Positions 1-12,194 of a DNA stretch of 64,000 nt are shown here, piece after piece. The position numbers and the translations under genes were made by a program. Below the pieces are notes generated by a model. It saw only the letters and a list, made by a program, of their open reading frames with translations, made no database searches and had not been told where the DNA came from. This stretch comes from Spironucleus salmonicida (taxonomy: Eukaryota), in NCBI RefSeq assembly GCF_000497125.1, contig NC_090598.1:744001-808000 (forward strand). The letters are read 5' to 3'. Position 1 is the first letter of the stretch; every line of letters starts with the position of its first letter.

Positions 1-409
1 GCGCGGGGGTCTTCTTGGCCGGAGGGCCGCTCTCGGCCACGGCCTCCTGGGCGGGGGCTGCTGCGGGGAGCGGCTCAGGCACCTTCCTGGCGGCCCTGCG
101 CTTGGCTGCTCCAGCTGGCACTGGGGCGTCTATCGTGATCCTGAACTCCTCGGGCGCGGCCCTCTGGGGGACCGCGGGGGGCTGCTGTGCCTAAGGCTTC
201 GGCTTCCCGGTGCCAGGGCGCTTGGGGGCACGCTGGTCCCTCGCCTCCATGTCCTTGAGCTTCGCCTCGAACTTGACGTCCTGCTGGCTCTTGAAGTTCT
301 GCGTGTACGTGACGGGGGCGAAGGAGGTGGACACGAGGCCCCTGCCCTTGCTGGAGGCGCTGTGCCTGGCTGGCTTCGGGTCCGCAAACGAGATCACGAA
401 GTCCTGCAT
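1..409 (-). CDS. Hypothetical Pro/Ala/Lys-rich protein, 3' end runs off window
   Basis: ATG at 409 (MQDFVISFADPK...). Reads through TAG at 191-193 as Gln and stays open to position 1. GC-rich codon usage; C-rich element just upstream. Confidence 0.7.
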
Positions 410-927
410 TGGAGGAGCGGAAATTGGGGAAGGGGCATTTAAGGAGTGAAATTATAATGCTGCTTGTAGTGCAAGTGCACAGAAAAGTACTTCGTGCGTT
501 ATGATGCATCCTTGCACAAGCAACCGTGATTATAGAGAGCAGAAACGTATCCTAAGAAGTAAGTGTTGTAAAGTATATGTATTAATTAAGCAATCGACGG
601 TAAGCAATTAATACAATAAATTAATGTTATAAAGTTGTAATAATACTAATTAATAATTATATTAAATTAGTGCTCATCTTGTATAGTAATTATCATTCAT
701 AAGTTGAAGTTATTATACAGATATCAACTATCTTAGTTCAATTTAATTTTTAGGACATCTATTAATTATATTAATAATATCCCTTCTATATCTAAAAAAA
801 TATTAAATAACAAATATTGGTTTATAAAATATTAATTTAACGTTAGCCCTTGAAAGTAGTTTAGATTTTTTAGCAAATAGTGAATTATTATAAAATAACA
901 TTATTAATTGACTATCCTTTTTAATAA

Positions 928-1188
928 ATGTCATTTCGATGGAAAAACGAAGAGCGTGATACTCTTTTAGAGCTTGTAGCGATGAAAAAAGATTGGAAGT
1001 CTATTGGATAAGCATTGAAAAAAACTACTAGGCAATGCTATGATTTTTATAGAAATTACTCAAAGAGCAAACAGCTTAATGATTTCAAGTATGTTTAGCT
1101 GTTCGAGAAGGTAAGTTAACAGGTTGCCTAGAAGTAGTACTAACTAGATGATAGCTACCTTTGTATAAATAGTATTTTTAACGAGTGA
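928..1188 (+). CDS. Single-repeat Myb/SANT-like protein, 86 aa
   Basis: With TAR=Gln: MSFRWKNEERDTLLELVAMKKDWKSIGQALKKTTRQCYDFYRN...; W-x18-W spacing and 'KTTRQC' third helix typical of Myb; ends GAG TGA. Confidence 0.85.
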
Positions 1189-1523
1189 TGTTAAAATGTG
1201 TTGTGATACTTGAATGATTGTTTAAGTCTAAATCACAAAATAATTTAAAATCAACAATACAATGCATAATAACGTAATTATTAATTATTGTTATTACAAT
1301 TTACTATCCTTTAATTATCTCAAACAATATTAGATATTTAATTATATCCAATTAGTATCAATTACTGACATTTTTTCTGACGATTTAATACTACGATGCA
1401 AAGTATAAAAATTATCCAGCAATTATAATATTGATTTTACATTACACAATCTAATTATAGTTATTTATTCTAAAATATTATTATATAAATATAATCAATT
1501 ATTTTATTCGCGCTCTAATAAAA

Positions 1524-1712
1524 ATGTACTAACTAATTTTGAGTTTAGTTCTATTAGGATTTAGCGCTTTTGCCTGTTTTATTTACGTTCGAAATATTAT
1601 TGAGGTTAAAAAAGCTTGCTTAATAGAGTAAAAACTAAGGAAAATGCTACAAAATAGACACTAATCTTGCTAAGAAACTTTAAATTGTGAATTCATTATT
1701 GAGGGATGGTGA
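1524..1712 (+). CDS. Small protein with N-terminal transmembrane helix, 62 aa
   Basis: AAAATG start; MYQLILSLVLLGFSAFACFIYVRNIIEVKK... ends TGA. Confidence 0.55.
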
Positions 1713-2122
1713 AACAACTCGCAATTATATTTCAAGCCCGCAACACGCATTTTCACAACTTTATTATGACATTTGCGTTAGCATGCCTAGAAACTCTCTT
1801 AGTGATTTAGTCTTAATTTTACACTAACAAACTCAGTTTCTTATTTTATATCATATTTACTACTCAAAATACGTATTAACCAGTTTCTCACTTTTCATAA
1901 TTCTCTATTTATTCATCATAATTTTTCTAAAGCAGTTACTGACCATAAACTCCAACCTCATTATCCGATACTATTTTTAATTATCGCATTTTAAAGATAC
2001 CAATAAATCACTTTAATCCTACAAAACCATTATTATCTCCTAATAATCACTATAATAAACAGAAAACCCTCAATTATCAAATTTTTATATACAAACTAAT
2101 ACAATAACCTCGGAAACTTAAA

Positions 2123-2338
2123 ATGCCACGCCAAGCCTGGTCCCTTTCGGAGGTAATCGTACTGAAGCAGCTGCTGAAAGAAAACACCGCAAAGAGCTAC
2201 GCCGCATTTCTGCCCAACAAGACGAAGAGGCAGATCTACGACAAGATCCGCATCGAGGTGGCCAAGAAACCGAGCCTGACGGCCCAGCTTTTCGACATAG
2301 CAAGTCTGACGGTGAGGCTCATGCAGAGCTTGCAATGA
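2123..2338 (+). CDS. Single-repeat Myb-like protein, 71 aa
   Basis: MPRQAWSLSEVIVLKQLL...FLPNKTKRQIYDKIR; Myb-like W and 'PNKTxRQ' motif; TGA stop. Confidence 0.8.
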   Translation: MPRQAWSLSEVIVLKQLLKENTAKSYAAFLPNKTKRQIYDKIRIEVAKKPSLTAQLFDIASLTVRLMQSLQ

Positions 2339-2346
2339 ATCCAATT

Positions 2347-2375
2347 TTTAACATTTTAACATTTTAACATTTTAA
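2347..2375. repeat. Short tandem repeat (TTTTAACA) x ~3.5 between convergent genes
   Basis: Directly visible. Confidence 0.7.
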
Positions 2376-2388
2376 GACTCAAAAAAGC

Positions 2389-5300
2389 TCACTGGGGCCT
2401 CCTTTCCAATATCGCCCTAAAGAGCCGCATTTCGTCCAAATCGACGAGATCCGAAAACGTGCACAGGACCATCCGCTGCGCGATAACGGGGCTCGCGAGG
2501 GCGAATTCCGCCCCCAGAAGCCTGGCCGCCGCGAGCCAATTTATCGCTTTCGGCGCCTCCGCGGAACGGCGCAAAACGCTTCGAATTTCGTCGATTTCGG
2601 TTTCTGAAAGGAGCGATTTTGAGTATTTTTGGACACTTTTGTCCACAACTTCTCTGGGTAACTACTCAAACTCGCGATAAAGAACAACTTGTGCGAATTT
2701 GGAAGGGGTAGATTTTTCAAATTCGCTGATAGCTGGATTCGCGTTTTGTGAGTAAAAATTAAAAATTTTTGGCCTCCGCTCCAAAATTTCGTTTAGCATA
2801 TTAAACTGCGCCTGCGAAATGCAGTTTTGGGCGGTTGCGAGGAGCAGAGTTTGGATGAGAAAGGGGGCTGTTTTTGGATGTTTCTGCTGCAGCTGGTTCG
2901 CTGCGGGGAGGGTTTATAGGAAATTGTTACTTGATATAATGTTTTTCTTTACTGATATAACGATTTTATTATCTGCCACAACATCTTCATTAACTGACAC
3001 TGTCACAACATCTTCTTTACTTGCCACAACATCTTCTTCTTCTTCTTTACCTGATATAACGAAAATTTCAATATAGTGGAAATCGCCGAATTTTTAACTC
3101 TCAAAACTGCACTTTAAGCACTGCTAAACCTCGCGCATTTAAGAATTGACCTGCGCGTCCGTTCCTTTTCTGAAGAAACCGAATTCGCGCAACTGGAGTT
3201 TCTGCGCCATTTCGATGATATTCTGCGCGCAAATTTCGGTTATTTTGGCGTTAATTTTAGTATTTTCTACAGCAAAATCATCATTTTATATATCTATATT
3301 AATATTGTATATCTTAGAATTATCATTTTCTACAGCAAAATCACAATTTTAAAAGTGGAAAATATCATTTTATATCTAAAATATACAATTTCCGCGCATC
3401 ATAACCAACCCAAAAACCTGCTAAAAACTCATTTTCCAGCGCTTAAAAGTCGAAGCCAACGCCTCCGCGATCGCAGTTTCTTGGACCAGCTCGAATTTCG
3501 CGCGCCGCAGCGACGCGTTAAGCTGCGCAGAAAGCGCCTGCAGCGCGCCCCTCTAGGACGCGCTAATCATGCTCTGCGCAGTGAATTTGACGTCCTGCGC
3601 GAGCTGCTGGCACGAATATTTTGCCCAGAAAAGCTCAGGAAGCCGCGAGAGCAGAAATTCGGCTTCTTTTACCTGCAAATGTTGGACCAAAAACTCGCTT
3701 TAAAGGCCGTAAACTTGCTCCGCCAGAGCCGTAAAATGGGGCGTTAGGGCTTCTGGAATTGCTCTGTAAGCGTTGGGGATTCCGAAATAGCAGGTGTTGA
3801 GATAGTGGGGGGCAATTTAAGGCGTTTTTAGGTCGTTTGATGTTTTTAGTTCATTTGATGTTATTTTTAGCTCATTTTAAGGCATTTACACCGCCAGCCT
3901 GACGTCGAAAACAACGTAAAAATCGCATTCTACGCACTCGACGTCCGCGACGATTTGGCGCTCCAAATAGCCCGCGATCAGGCCGTGCCGCGCCGCCTCG
4001 GCCCCCATCACGCAGCTGCGGATCCGCAGCCCCGCGGGAAGCGCCAGTTCGGCAGCCAGATCGAACTTTTGCACCGGAAACTACGTCTGGAAGAGCCGCA
4101 AAACGTCCGCTGTGAAAATCTCGAACATCCCGCCGTCGAGCTCCACCGCAACGCAGCTTTCGCCCGCCAGAAAGGCCGGAAAATCGTTACGCAGCAGCAG
4201 AAACTGAAGAAATTGAGATTTTTGGAGTGGTGTTTTGAAATTGAATTCAAATTTGTAAAACTACTCCAAAACTGAAGTCTGCAAATTAACGGATTTAGAG
4301 CGGTTCAGCGAGGTGGCTAAATTGTTCAAAAACGCCAATTGGCGGTCCCCGACGATCTCTACCTCGCAGCCGGAGTCTTTAGAGACGATTTTAAAGGTGC
4401 AGAAAAGCAGCTCCGGCATCGCAGAAATGAGCACCAGCGCGCGCTCCGCACTAGTCGATTCCATGCAAAAGCGGTCTCGCGTCAGCGCCGCTCTCGCAAA
4501 CTGCGAAAAATCACTACGCTCCACAGGCCGTTTCGAAGTCAGAATTCCAAATTCTACGGTATTTTCAAGTTTATGCATTATTTATGTATATTATTGATAT
4601 AAAAATTTTTAAAAGTGGAGTGGGCGGGTTTTGTAGAATTTTGGGGTCGTTTTGGCGATTTTTATGAGCGTTTCGAGCTGTTTTTTGCTGTAACGCTGCA
4701 GGAAGAGCATTTTGCGCATCAATTTCGGCGCAAAATGCGGTTTCAGGGCCGCCAAGACCTCGTCTTCGGAGAGCGAATTCGCCTGCGCCTGGCGCTGCAG
4801 CGCGGCCGCGACCTGCGGGTGGCGGATTTGAGGCGGTTCAATTTGAATTTGAATTTGACTTTTCGCTCCTTTTGAAGTGGAATTTATCGCTTTCTCCTCA
4901 ATTGGCTTCAAAACGCCGTAGCTGAACTTGCCGCCGGTGTCCTTTTTCAGCCTCCCGTCGACGATTCCCCGGTAGATTCGGTCGTTTTTCTTGATTTCCT
5001 TTATATCACGTTAAATTTTAGCTGTTTTTGGTGCAAATTGAGTCAGTTGAGGCGCTTGAGGCGCCTGATTCAGTTAATGCGCCTGATTCGATTAAAGCGC
5101 TAATTAACGCGCCACCTTCGGTGACGCTTTTGACGCTTTTGCCGCTTTTGCCGCCACCTTCAACCGAAACTGCTCGCGAATCGCCTGCGCGCGCCGGATC
5201 TGCTCCTCGTGGCGCAGGTTCTCGCGCAGAATGCGCTCCTGCGCGTCGGCGTTCAGGAACCGCTGCATCTGCGCCTGCTGCTGCCTAATCCGCGCCTCGC

Positions 5301-5550
5301 GCTGCTGCTGCGCCTCCCTGGACATCTGCAGCGCCTTCTGGAACTGCGCGTCGTCGAACTTCCGCGGGAGGCGCCCCTGGAGCTGCCGGGCCTGTTTCTG
5401 GACGTTTGCGGGCGGGGAAACGCTCAGCTGCTGCGTTGCCGGCAGGCAAAAGGCGGGCTGCGGGGTGAAAATTTAGGGGTCGCAGACCAGCACATTCTGA
5501 TGCTGCTGCGAGGCTTTTTGGGGGGTTTCGGTCGTGAACAAATTGGACAT
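2389..5550 (-). CDS. Hypothetical protein, 1053 aa, N-terminal Gln/Arg-rich coiled-coil
   Basis: Track fragments 5104-5325, 4609-4911, 4261-4578, 3886-4074 and 2389-2646 are all in one frame, joined only by TAA/TAG. ATG at 5550 (MSNLFTTETPQ), first TGA at 2389. Confidence 0.75.
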
Positions 5551-5607
5551 TTTGCGGTTAGTGGGTAGGTGATATTATATGGTAGGGATAATTAGAATTA
5601 TGGTGGA

Positions 5608-5628
5608 GGGGGAGGGGGAGGGGGAGGG
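5608..5628 (+). other. G-quadruplex-capable motif G5-A-G5-A-G5-A-G3
   Basis: Four G-runs with 1-nt loops, 58-78 nt upstream of the ATG at 5550 (C-rich on that gene's sense strand). Confidence 0.6.
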
Positions 5629-5751
5629 ATAATTATAGTGGTAGGAAAGTGAAAATGTCGGTTTGAGTAAAAAACGGATAAATGGTATATAGTTATATAT
5701 GTGGTATATAGGATAATATGGGTATGTGGGTATATATTGTATATATTTGTA

Positions 5752-6226
5752 TATATTATATTATTATATTATATTATTATATTATTATATTATTATATTA
5801 TTATATTATTATATTATTATATTATTATATTATTATATTATTATATTATTATATTATTATATTATTATATTATTATATTATTATATTATTATATTATTAT
5901 ATTATTATATTATTATATTATTATATTATTATATTATTATATTATTATATTATTATATTATTATATTATTATATTATTATATTATTATATTATTATATTA
6001 TTATATTATTATATTATTATATTATTATATTATTATATTATTATATTATTATATTATTATATTATTATATTATTATATTATTATATTATTATATTATTAT
6101 ATTATTATATTATTATATTATTATATTATTATATTATTATATTATTATATTATATTATTATATTATTATATTATTATATTATTATATTATTATATTATTA
6201 TATTATTATATTATTATATTATTATA
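5752..6226. repeat. Pure-AT 8-bp tandem repeat (ATATTATT)n, about 59 copies
   Basis: Directly visible; two short register slips near 5770 and 6150; ends about 19 nt before the kinesin ATG. Confidence 0.97.
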
Positions 6227-6244
6227 CAAAAATTCTAAATTCAA

Positions 6245-7348
6245 ATGGACCCTATAAAAACTTATCTACGGATCAAAGGCCCTGAAGCTGGTGATTTGGA
6301 ACTACCAGAAAATTTGCCTTTCAACAAAATTTTAGACCAAAATACGACCGAAGACGATTTATAGGAAGTTATCAATCCGCTATTTTCAAAATTTCTAGAT
6401 GGGTATTCTGCAACTTTACTTATGTATGGATAATCAGGGTCCGGTAAGACATTTTCCACTGCACAGTTTATAAATATAATTATGCCTCAGATTGTCCCGA
6501 ATTAGTTGGAATTCGCGTTTTTAGAAATATCTGGAGACATTTTAAAGGATCTGACAACATAGTCTGAGTAGTTAAAGATTTACACTAAGCCTACGCTTAA
6601 CATCATAAATCTTACATTTCATACTTAGCACTTTTAGACTTTCTTGAATTAGGCGTTGTAAGCGAGAAGGACAGAAAAGACTAATTTGAATTCAAATTCA
6701 TCCCGTTCACACTTGCTAATTATATTCCGAAAGTCAACACAGCTTTTCATTCTAGCAGATTTGGCAGGTTCTGAGCGTCAAAGTAAGGCGAAAACTAGCG
6801 CTCACTAATTATAAGATGGCTGCGATATAAATTACTCACTTTTGGTACTTTCTCGAGTTGTAAATTCGCTACGAAATTAACTTTTCGTTCCTTTTCGTGA
6901 TTCCAAGTTGACTCAAATTTTGTAATTTTCAATTGGTGGGACTGCTGCAACAAGTGTATTTTCATGCATTTCAAATAATTAAAGTAATAATTTGGAAACA
7001 CTTAATACGATTCAGTTTACTAAGAATATTGGTGGAATTAAGAATCAAATTGTGAAAGCAAAAGTCGTAAAATCGCACTCGTTAGAGCTCAAAGAGATGT
7101 AGGAAAAGTATCAGAAATTGGTCGAAACCAGCAAGGAATGTTTGTAGTAGGTTATAGTCAGAGCAAAGGAGCGTGAAAATGAGCTGCTGAAGAAGTTTAA
7201 AAAAATTTATGACGATTTGGTCGGATTTAATAACAATATTATACATTAACAAAACTAGTTCAATTAAGAAATGGAATTAGATTAATGCACTGGCGACGGC
7301 TTTGCGGACATCATCGGATTTCTAGGTGTTAAAGAAGATGAGATGTGA
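6245..7348 (+). CDS. Kinesin motor protein (compact), 367 aa
   Basis: P-loop MYGQSGSGKT (Q = TAA), NSNSSRSH (switch I), DLAGSER (switch II), VPFRDSKLTQIL, ETLNTIQF, followed by a short coiled-coil. Confidence 0.93.
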
Positions 7349-7397
7349 TACACAGTTTCTAGTCAAGGCAAAATAATAATAAGCAGCTTAATTTAAC

Positions 7398-9011
7398 TCA
7401 CGTCACCCGCTCATTTTTCGCATCAATAAGAACCTGAACGATCTGGATAGTTCCTACTAATATTCCTCCAAAAATTCCACCAAAGACGCATATAAATGCA
7501 ATTGCAAACGTATTGTAAATCAATGCCTAATTTACATACTCCGTTACAGGCAAAACTATGCTGTCATATCCAACTTCGCAGTAAATTCGATCCTGAATTA
7601 CAAGCCCTGAGACGTACTTTATAATAGAGACATCTGTTATATCATCAAAGTTAATTGTAATGTTTGCCACAGAAAAAACTTTTCGCATGCTGATTGAAAA
7701 CACAGGCTGTATCAGAATATCTATTATTGAACCGCCAGAAACTGTCTTTTCATAACAATTTAATTCTATCAAATGCCGAATAGGAAATTAAAAAATACAT
7801 TCCTACATATCAAGTACTTGGTTTTTTAAAATAAATTGGCCGATTTTTGAATTTTTATGATATAAAAGTTTTAGTTATATTACATTGAAACAGTTTTAGT
7901 ACCTTGTTGGGTTCAAAATTATGAACGAGAAATGGTCGTTCTGGTAGATTTTTATGGTAACGCGAGTAGTTAAATCAGACTATGCTCCTAAAAATTTCAG
8001 TTTATCATCTCAGCCTGCCAGGTTGATATTTTTGCATTCTATGGATACCTTAGCCGTCTGTTCGGAGAATGACGTGTGCGTGTACTCATATACGAATGTA
8101 TTGGCGATATCGGGGTCGCTGTCATCCTAAATTCCTATTAAAATGTCAATTCTGGAATTATCGAATTGGCAGTTGCCGTTTGGCTCAAAAAATAAGACCA
8201 AAACTCCATTATTTATCTCCACGTGGGATCCATCGTAGCAGTTAAGCCTTGTAGGGTCTAGAATGTTCTTAATTTAGCTGACTACAATGAAATACTGATC
8301 TTTGGGCTCGTTTAGCTGGTAATAAATGGTCAGGCTGAACTAAATTAGTGAAGAATCAGTTAAATTCTTGATAATGTTATAGCATGATTATCCTAAATTT
8401 TTGCAGTCGAAAGTTAAATCAATATCATCGTTGATTTCTGCAATTTAAAGACCAATGTACTGTCTTAACACCAGATTAAATAGACTTAGTTCAACGATAA
8501 TAGAGGTGTTCTTTTCGATATTAGAGATAGCTGAATCTGCTACAAATCGAGTTATACTATAGTTGCACCCATTTTGTTTAGCTTTAATTATGATCTAATC
8601 CATTTGTATTTCGGCAACAATATTACTTAAGCAATCACCAGAGTTATAACTTAGCAAAGAAAAGTAAGATAATGTTTATTTAATTTCAGCATCCATATCA
8701 ATTAATACAATTTTAAAGTTAGATTAGCTAGTATCTAGAGCAGCTTACTGTAATTCTGATGATGGAAAATCAATTTAAATTTATATATTTTCTCTTACTT
8801 TGTAAATAAAGTTTATAGAAACTGCCTCTAACTGATCAGATAATTCGATAACTGCTTGAGATAAGTGATTATCTATCTCTTCACAAACTTTGTATCCTGC
8901 TGTGTTAGAAGATGGTAAAAATGTAGCTTCTAACAAACCTGTGTTAGTAATAGGATTATAGATAAATGTTGCATTTGGGTAATAACAAGATACTGTCAAA
9001 ATAATAATCAT
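7398..9011 (-). CDS. Uncharacterised type-I membrane/surface protein family, copy 1 (537 aa)
   Basis: MIIILTVSCYYPNATFIYNPIT...QSNFKIVLIDMDAEIKQTLSYFS...; C-terminal TM (FAIAFICVFGGIFGGILVG) and short tail; paralogous to genes at 39375, 42645 and 50722. Confidence 0.85.
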
Positions 9012-9952
9012 TTTTGGTAGTTAAATTGTATTCTATACAGATACTAAATTATTAAATATTATAGTTGTTTCTGTAATAATATCATTGTTTGTTATTATTT
9101 ATGTTATGATTCTTTACTAACATTTTAATCTACATCAAACAAAAATTATAACATTATAGTATAGTGTATTAATAATTAGTGTGGTAATACTAATGTCAAA
9201 GAAACTATTGGTCAAATAATAATTATATTTATTACATAAATTCTACAATTCTCAGTCAATATTATTTACTAAATTATTTTTTAATCAATGTTTCATAATC
9301 CCATTACATATTGTCAATAGTTCGTATTAAATTTAACCATTCTAGAAAGATACATGTGGAGCATTTATTCATATTTATTTTATCATTTACGTGATTAAGA
9401 TAGATTAGTGACATTTATGAACATATATTATTTAATTATATAATATTAAAAATTGTTAAAATTATTCATATTCTTTATAAAAACTATTGCTACGTTGAAC
9501 AATCTACCTTTTTAAAATTAAAACATAAGCAAATTTATTAAATATATTTATAAAATTTGATTGCAAGTATAACCGTAATATTTTTATTCTTCAAGATAAT
9601 CTTCAAGTTAGACTTAATTTAATATTATAAGTAAATTCTATTCACCTTTTCTAAATAACTGAATAAATTTATTAACATATTGTTCTACATAAAATTAATT
9701 TACAATTATTTATTAAAAAAGTAGTTTTTATAAATTATTTAAAGTTTATTTTTCTTTAAATATTAAATTTTGCAACCTTATAATTTATTTTCATTATTTA
9801 GTATTCTATAACATGAAAATATATTACTCTTTAGCAGGTTTCAGTATTTATATTTTCAAATCCCATTTACATATTTTTCTCAAAATTTTATAGTATCATA
9901 ATATAATAAATTATATTATCTTAAATCTTTATCTTCTCTTTATCATTATAAA

Positions 9953-11731
9953 ATGGCTACACACGTAACATTAATCGATATCGACCACATTTACATCACT
10001 GATAACCAAAATTTCGCAGAAATAACGTAAAAGCTAACAAAATCTATAAAGAACATACCAGCATCCATCCCAGAAGTCACATAGTTCTACCAGCAGTTCA
10101 GAGAGCGTTGTCGATCCGTAAACTACCAAGAACCTGAAATTTACATCGGTCTCATAAATTACGCTTCATATATCATGAACTCGCTTAACTTTTCGAAGAA
10201 TCGTGCTCAGCTCACCTGGTCTAAGACGACTACTGGAAATGGCCCCGCAGTAGACGTAGCTGCTGCGTTCTATAATCTGGTGGCTACAAATCTGAAATCA
10301 GCACAGCGTGCAGCAGACTTCAAGCTCAAGTCTTAACTTCTTGGTAAGGCTGTGTACTATGTCCATGAGGCACTCGTCCTGGTGCGTAAAACCTAAGTGA
10401 ACTCACCAGTCCTGAATGCCCCAAACTTAGCGTTCCTTGAGACATTCTTAACAGCGCAGATGTACGAGACGCTTGCTGCGTTGTAATGGCAGACCAATGA
10501 ATACAAGGGTTTCACGGTGTGGGCAAAGTTCATAAGCTCTGCAATACAAATGTATGAGAAAAGCAGCAAAATTGACGAGAAGAGGAGCAGCAATTCAAGT
10601 ATGAGGTTGAGATAGCTTCAGTACCTGACGTCTGCCCAGTACTAGCGGAAATAGGGCAACTCAAAGTAGGCGAGGAAGGACGCCGAGTTTGCTTAAAATC
10701 TAGGCGCTGATGTGAACTTCGCCGAGTTCTTCGATTCACCCTGTGAACAGGAGAGCCAGTTCCTGCCGCACTTTATTGATCTAGACAAGAAGTTCGAGGA
10801 ATGGAATGTCAAAATCTAGCTTAGAAAAGGCGAGGTGTTGCTTGATAAGGAAGGTCAGGAGTGCGTTTCAGAGGTCCAGAGAATCTTGTGCGCACGTCAG
10901 GCTGACTATATCTCCATACTGAATGCCAAAAACGAGCTGATTTATAATTAAATGCTAGAAGCTAGCGTGAGCACGAAGCTAGAGTCAGATATCTAGCAGG
11001 TAGAAGACTACGCAGCACGCTACCAGAACGCAGCTGCCGCGCTCCCCCTCGGCAACGAGCTGGTCGAACAAGCTCTGAAGAGCCAGGCAATCTACAACGA
11101 AATCCTACGCTCAGACAACTAGAATCTAGCAAAAATTGGAGCTCTCTGGGACTCGCAGAAGTACCAGACGCACCTGAAGGCCCTCGTGCAGGAGCTCGAG
11201 AATGTGGTCCAAATCGGCCGCTAGCTCCCCACGTGCATGCAGTTCCTACAGAAGCACCCTTTGTAAGACGTCTGCAACGCTCTAACTATCATCGCTGGCA
11301 AGGACCTCTCCCAATAAGTCTCCCAGAGCGATATCGAGGGCTGCACGTGGCGCCACGAGGCCTAGACCGTGAACCCGCAGCTCATAATCGAGAACGCGCC
11401 CCTCGAGCTGACGCGCAAAAATGCGAAGCAAATTGCCGAGGCGGTAGCGCCAAAACTGCCCCAAATCGACAATTCAGCCGTCGAAAAGCTGGCGCAGAAG
11501 CAGGCGCTTTCCGCTGCCGGCAGCGAGCACTAACTCGCCCTGCACTGCCAGGCAGCGATTCAGACGATGTGCAGCGTCGAGAACTTCCTGCAGAAGGCGA
11601 GCGAGAAGGTCCAGCGGCACGGCAGGACGGCTGAGCTTGCATTTTAAGACTACGTCGCGCAGGTGCAGGCGAAGTGGGACGGCGTCAGGGAGGGAAGGGG
11701 GCTCACTGTGGAGTGGAAAGAAGTGGAGTGA
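9953..11731 (+). CDS. BRO1-domain (Alix/Bro1/Vps31-like) protein, 592 aa
   Basis: Open with TAR=Gln. 'LTWSK...DVAAAFYNLVA' and 'LNAPNLAFLETFLTAQMYETL' resemble BRO1 motifs; helical C-terminal half; ends GAG TGA. Confidence 0.7.
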
Positions 11732-11742
11732 TTCAAAGTACT

Positions 11743-12194
11743 AATTGCCTTTATAGAAAGGTATTACTATTAAAAAATATATGCTTAATATGTACGAAAA
11801 GTACGGTTTTTATGCCTGGAACAACTCGGGACTGACGGTGGGCTCAATGGCTGAAGTAGGTGGTCTTTTCGAGGCGTTGATCAAGAACGGCGATGGTAAA
11901 TTTTCTAAAAATGGCAGAGACTACATGCACCAGTTTGGTAAGTTTGAAGCCTTGAGAGTAAGAGATATGAGACAGCCCGGGTACGATAGCGAGTGCGGTG
12001 TTCCCAAATTGCCAGTAGGGGGAAGCGAAATGCTTAGTTTCTACTGCGGCGATGTCAGCTGCACCTTTAGGCCCTCTGGCACTGAGCCGAAGGTGAAGTA
12101 CTACGTCGAGGCGACCAGCAAGGTGAGCTGCGAGGACGCGCAGAAGAAGGCGGTTGAATTCACCAAGGAGTTCTTGAAGGCCATTGGCAAGTGA
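11743..12194 (+). pseudogene. 5'-truncated copy of the phosphohexomutase gene (C-terminal ~150 codons only)
   Basis: Near-identical to 32097-32549 (RPSGTEPKVKYY); the first ~25 bp carry substitutions and a 1-bp deletion; catalytic N-terminal domains absent. Confidence 0.9.

Noticed and set aside
5752-6226. Telomeric or CRISPR-like array
   Set aside because: No G-rich telomere unit and no unique spacers; simple internal microsatellite.
5701-6285. Three long Y/I/L-rich ORFs in the track
   Set aside because: Translations of the ATATTATT satellite; not genes.
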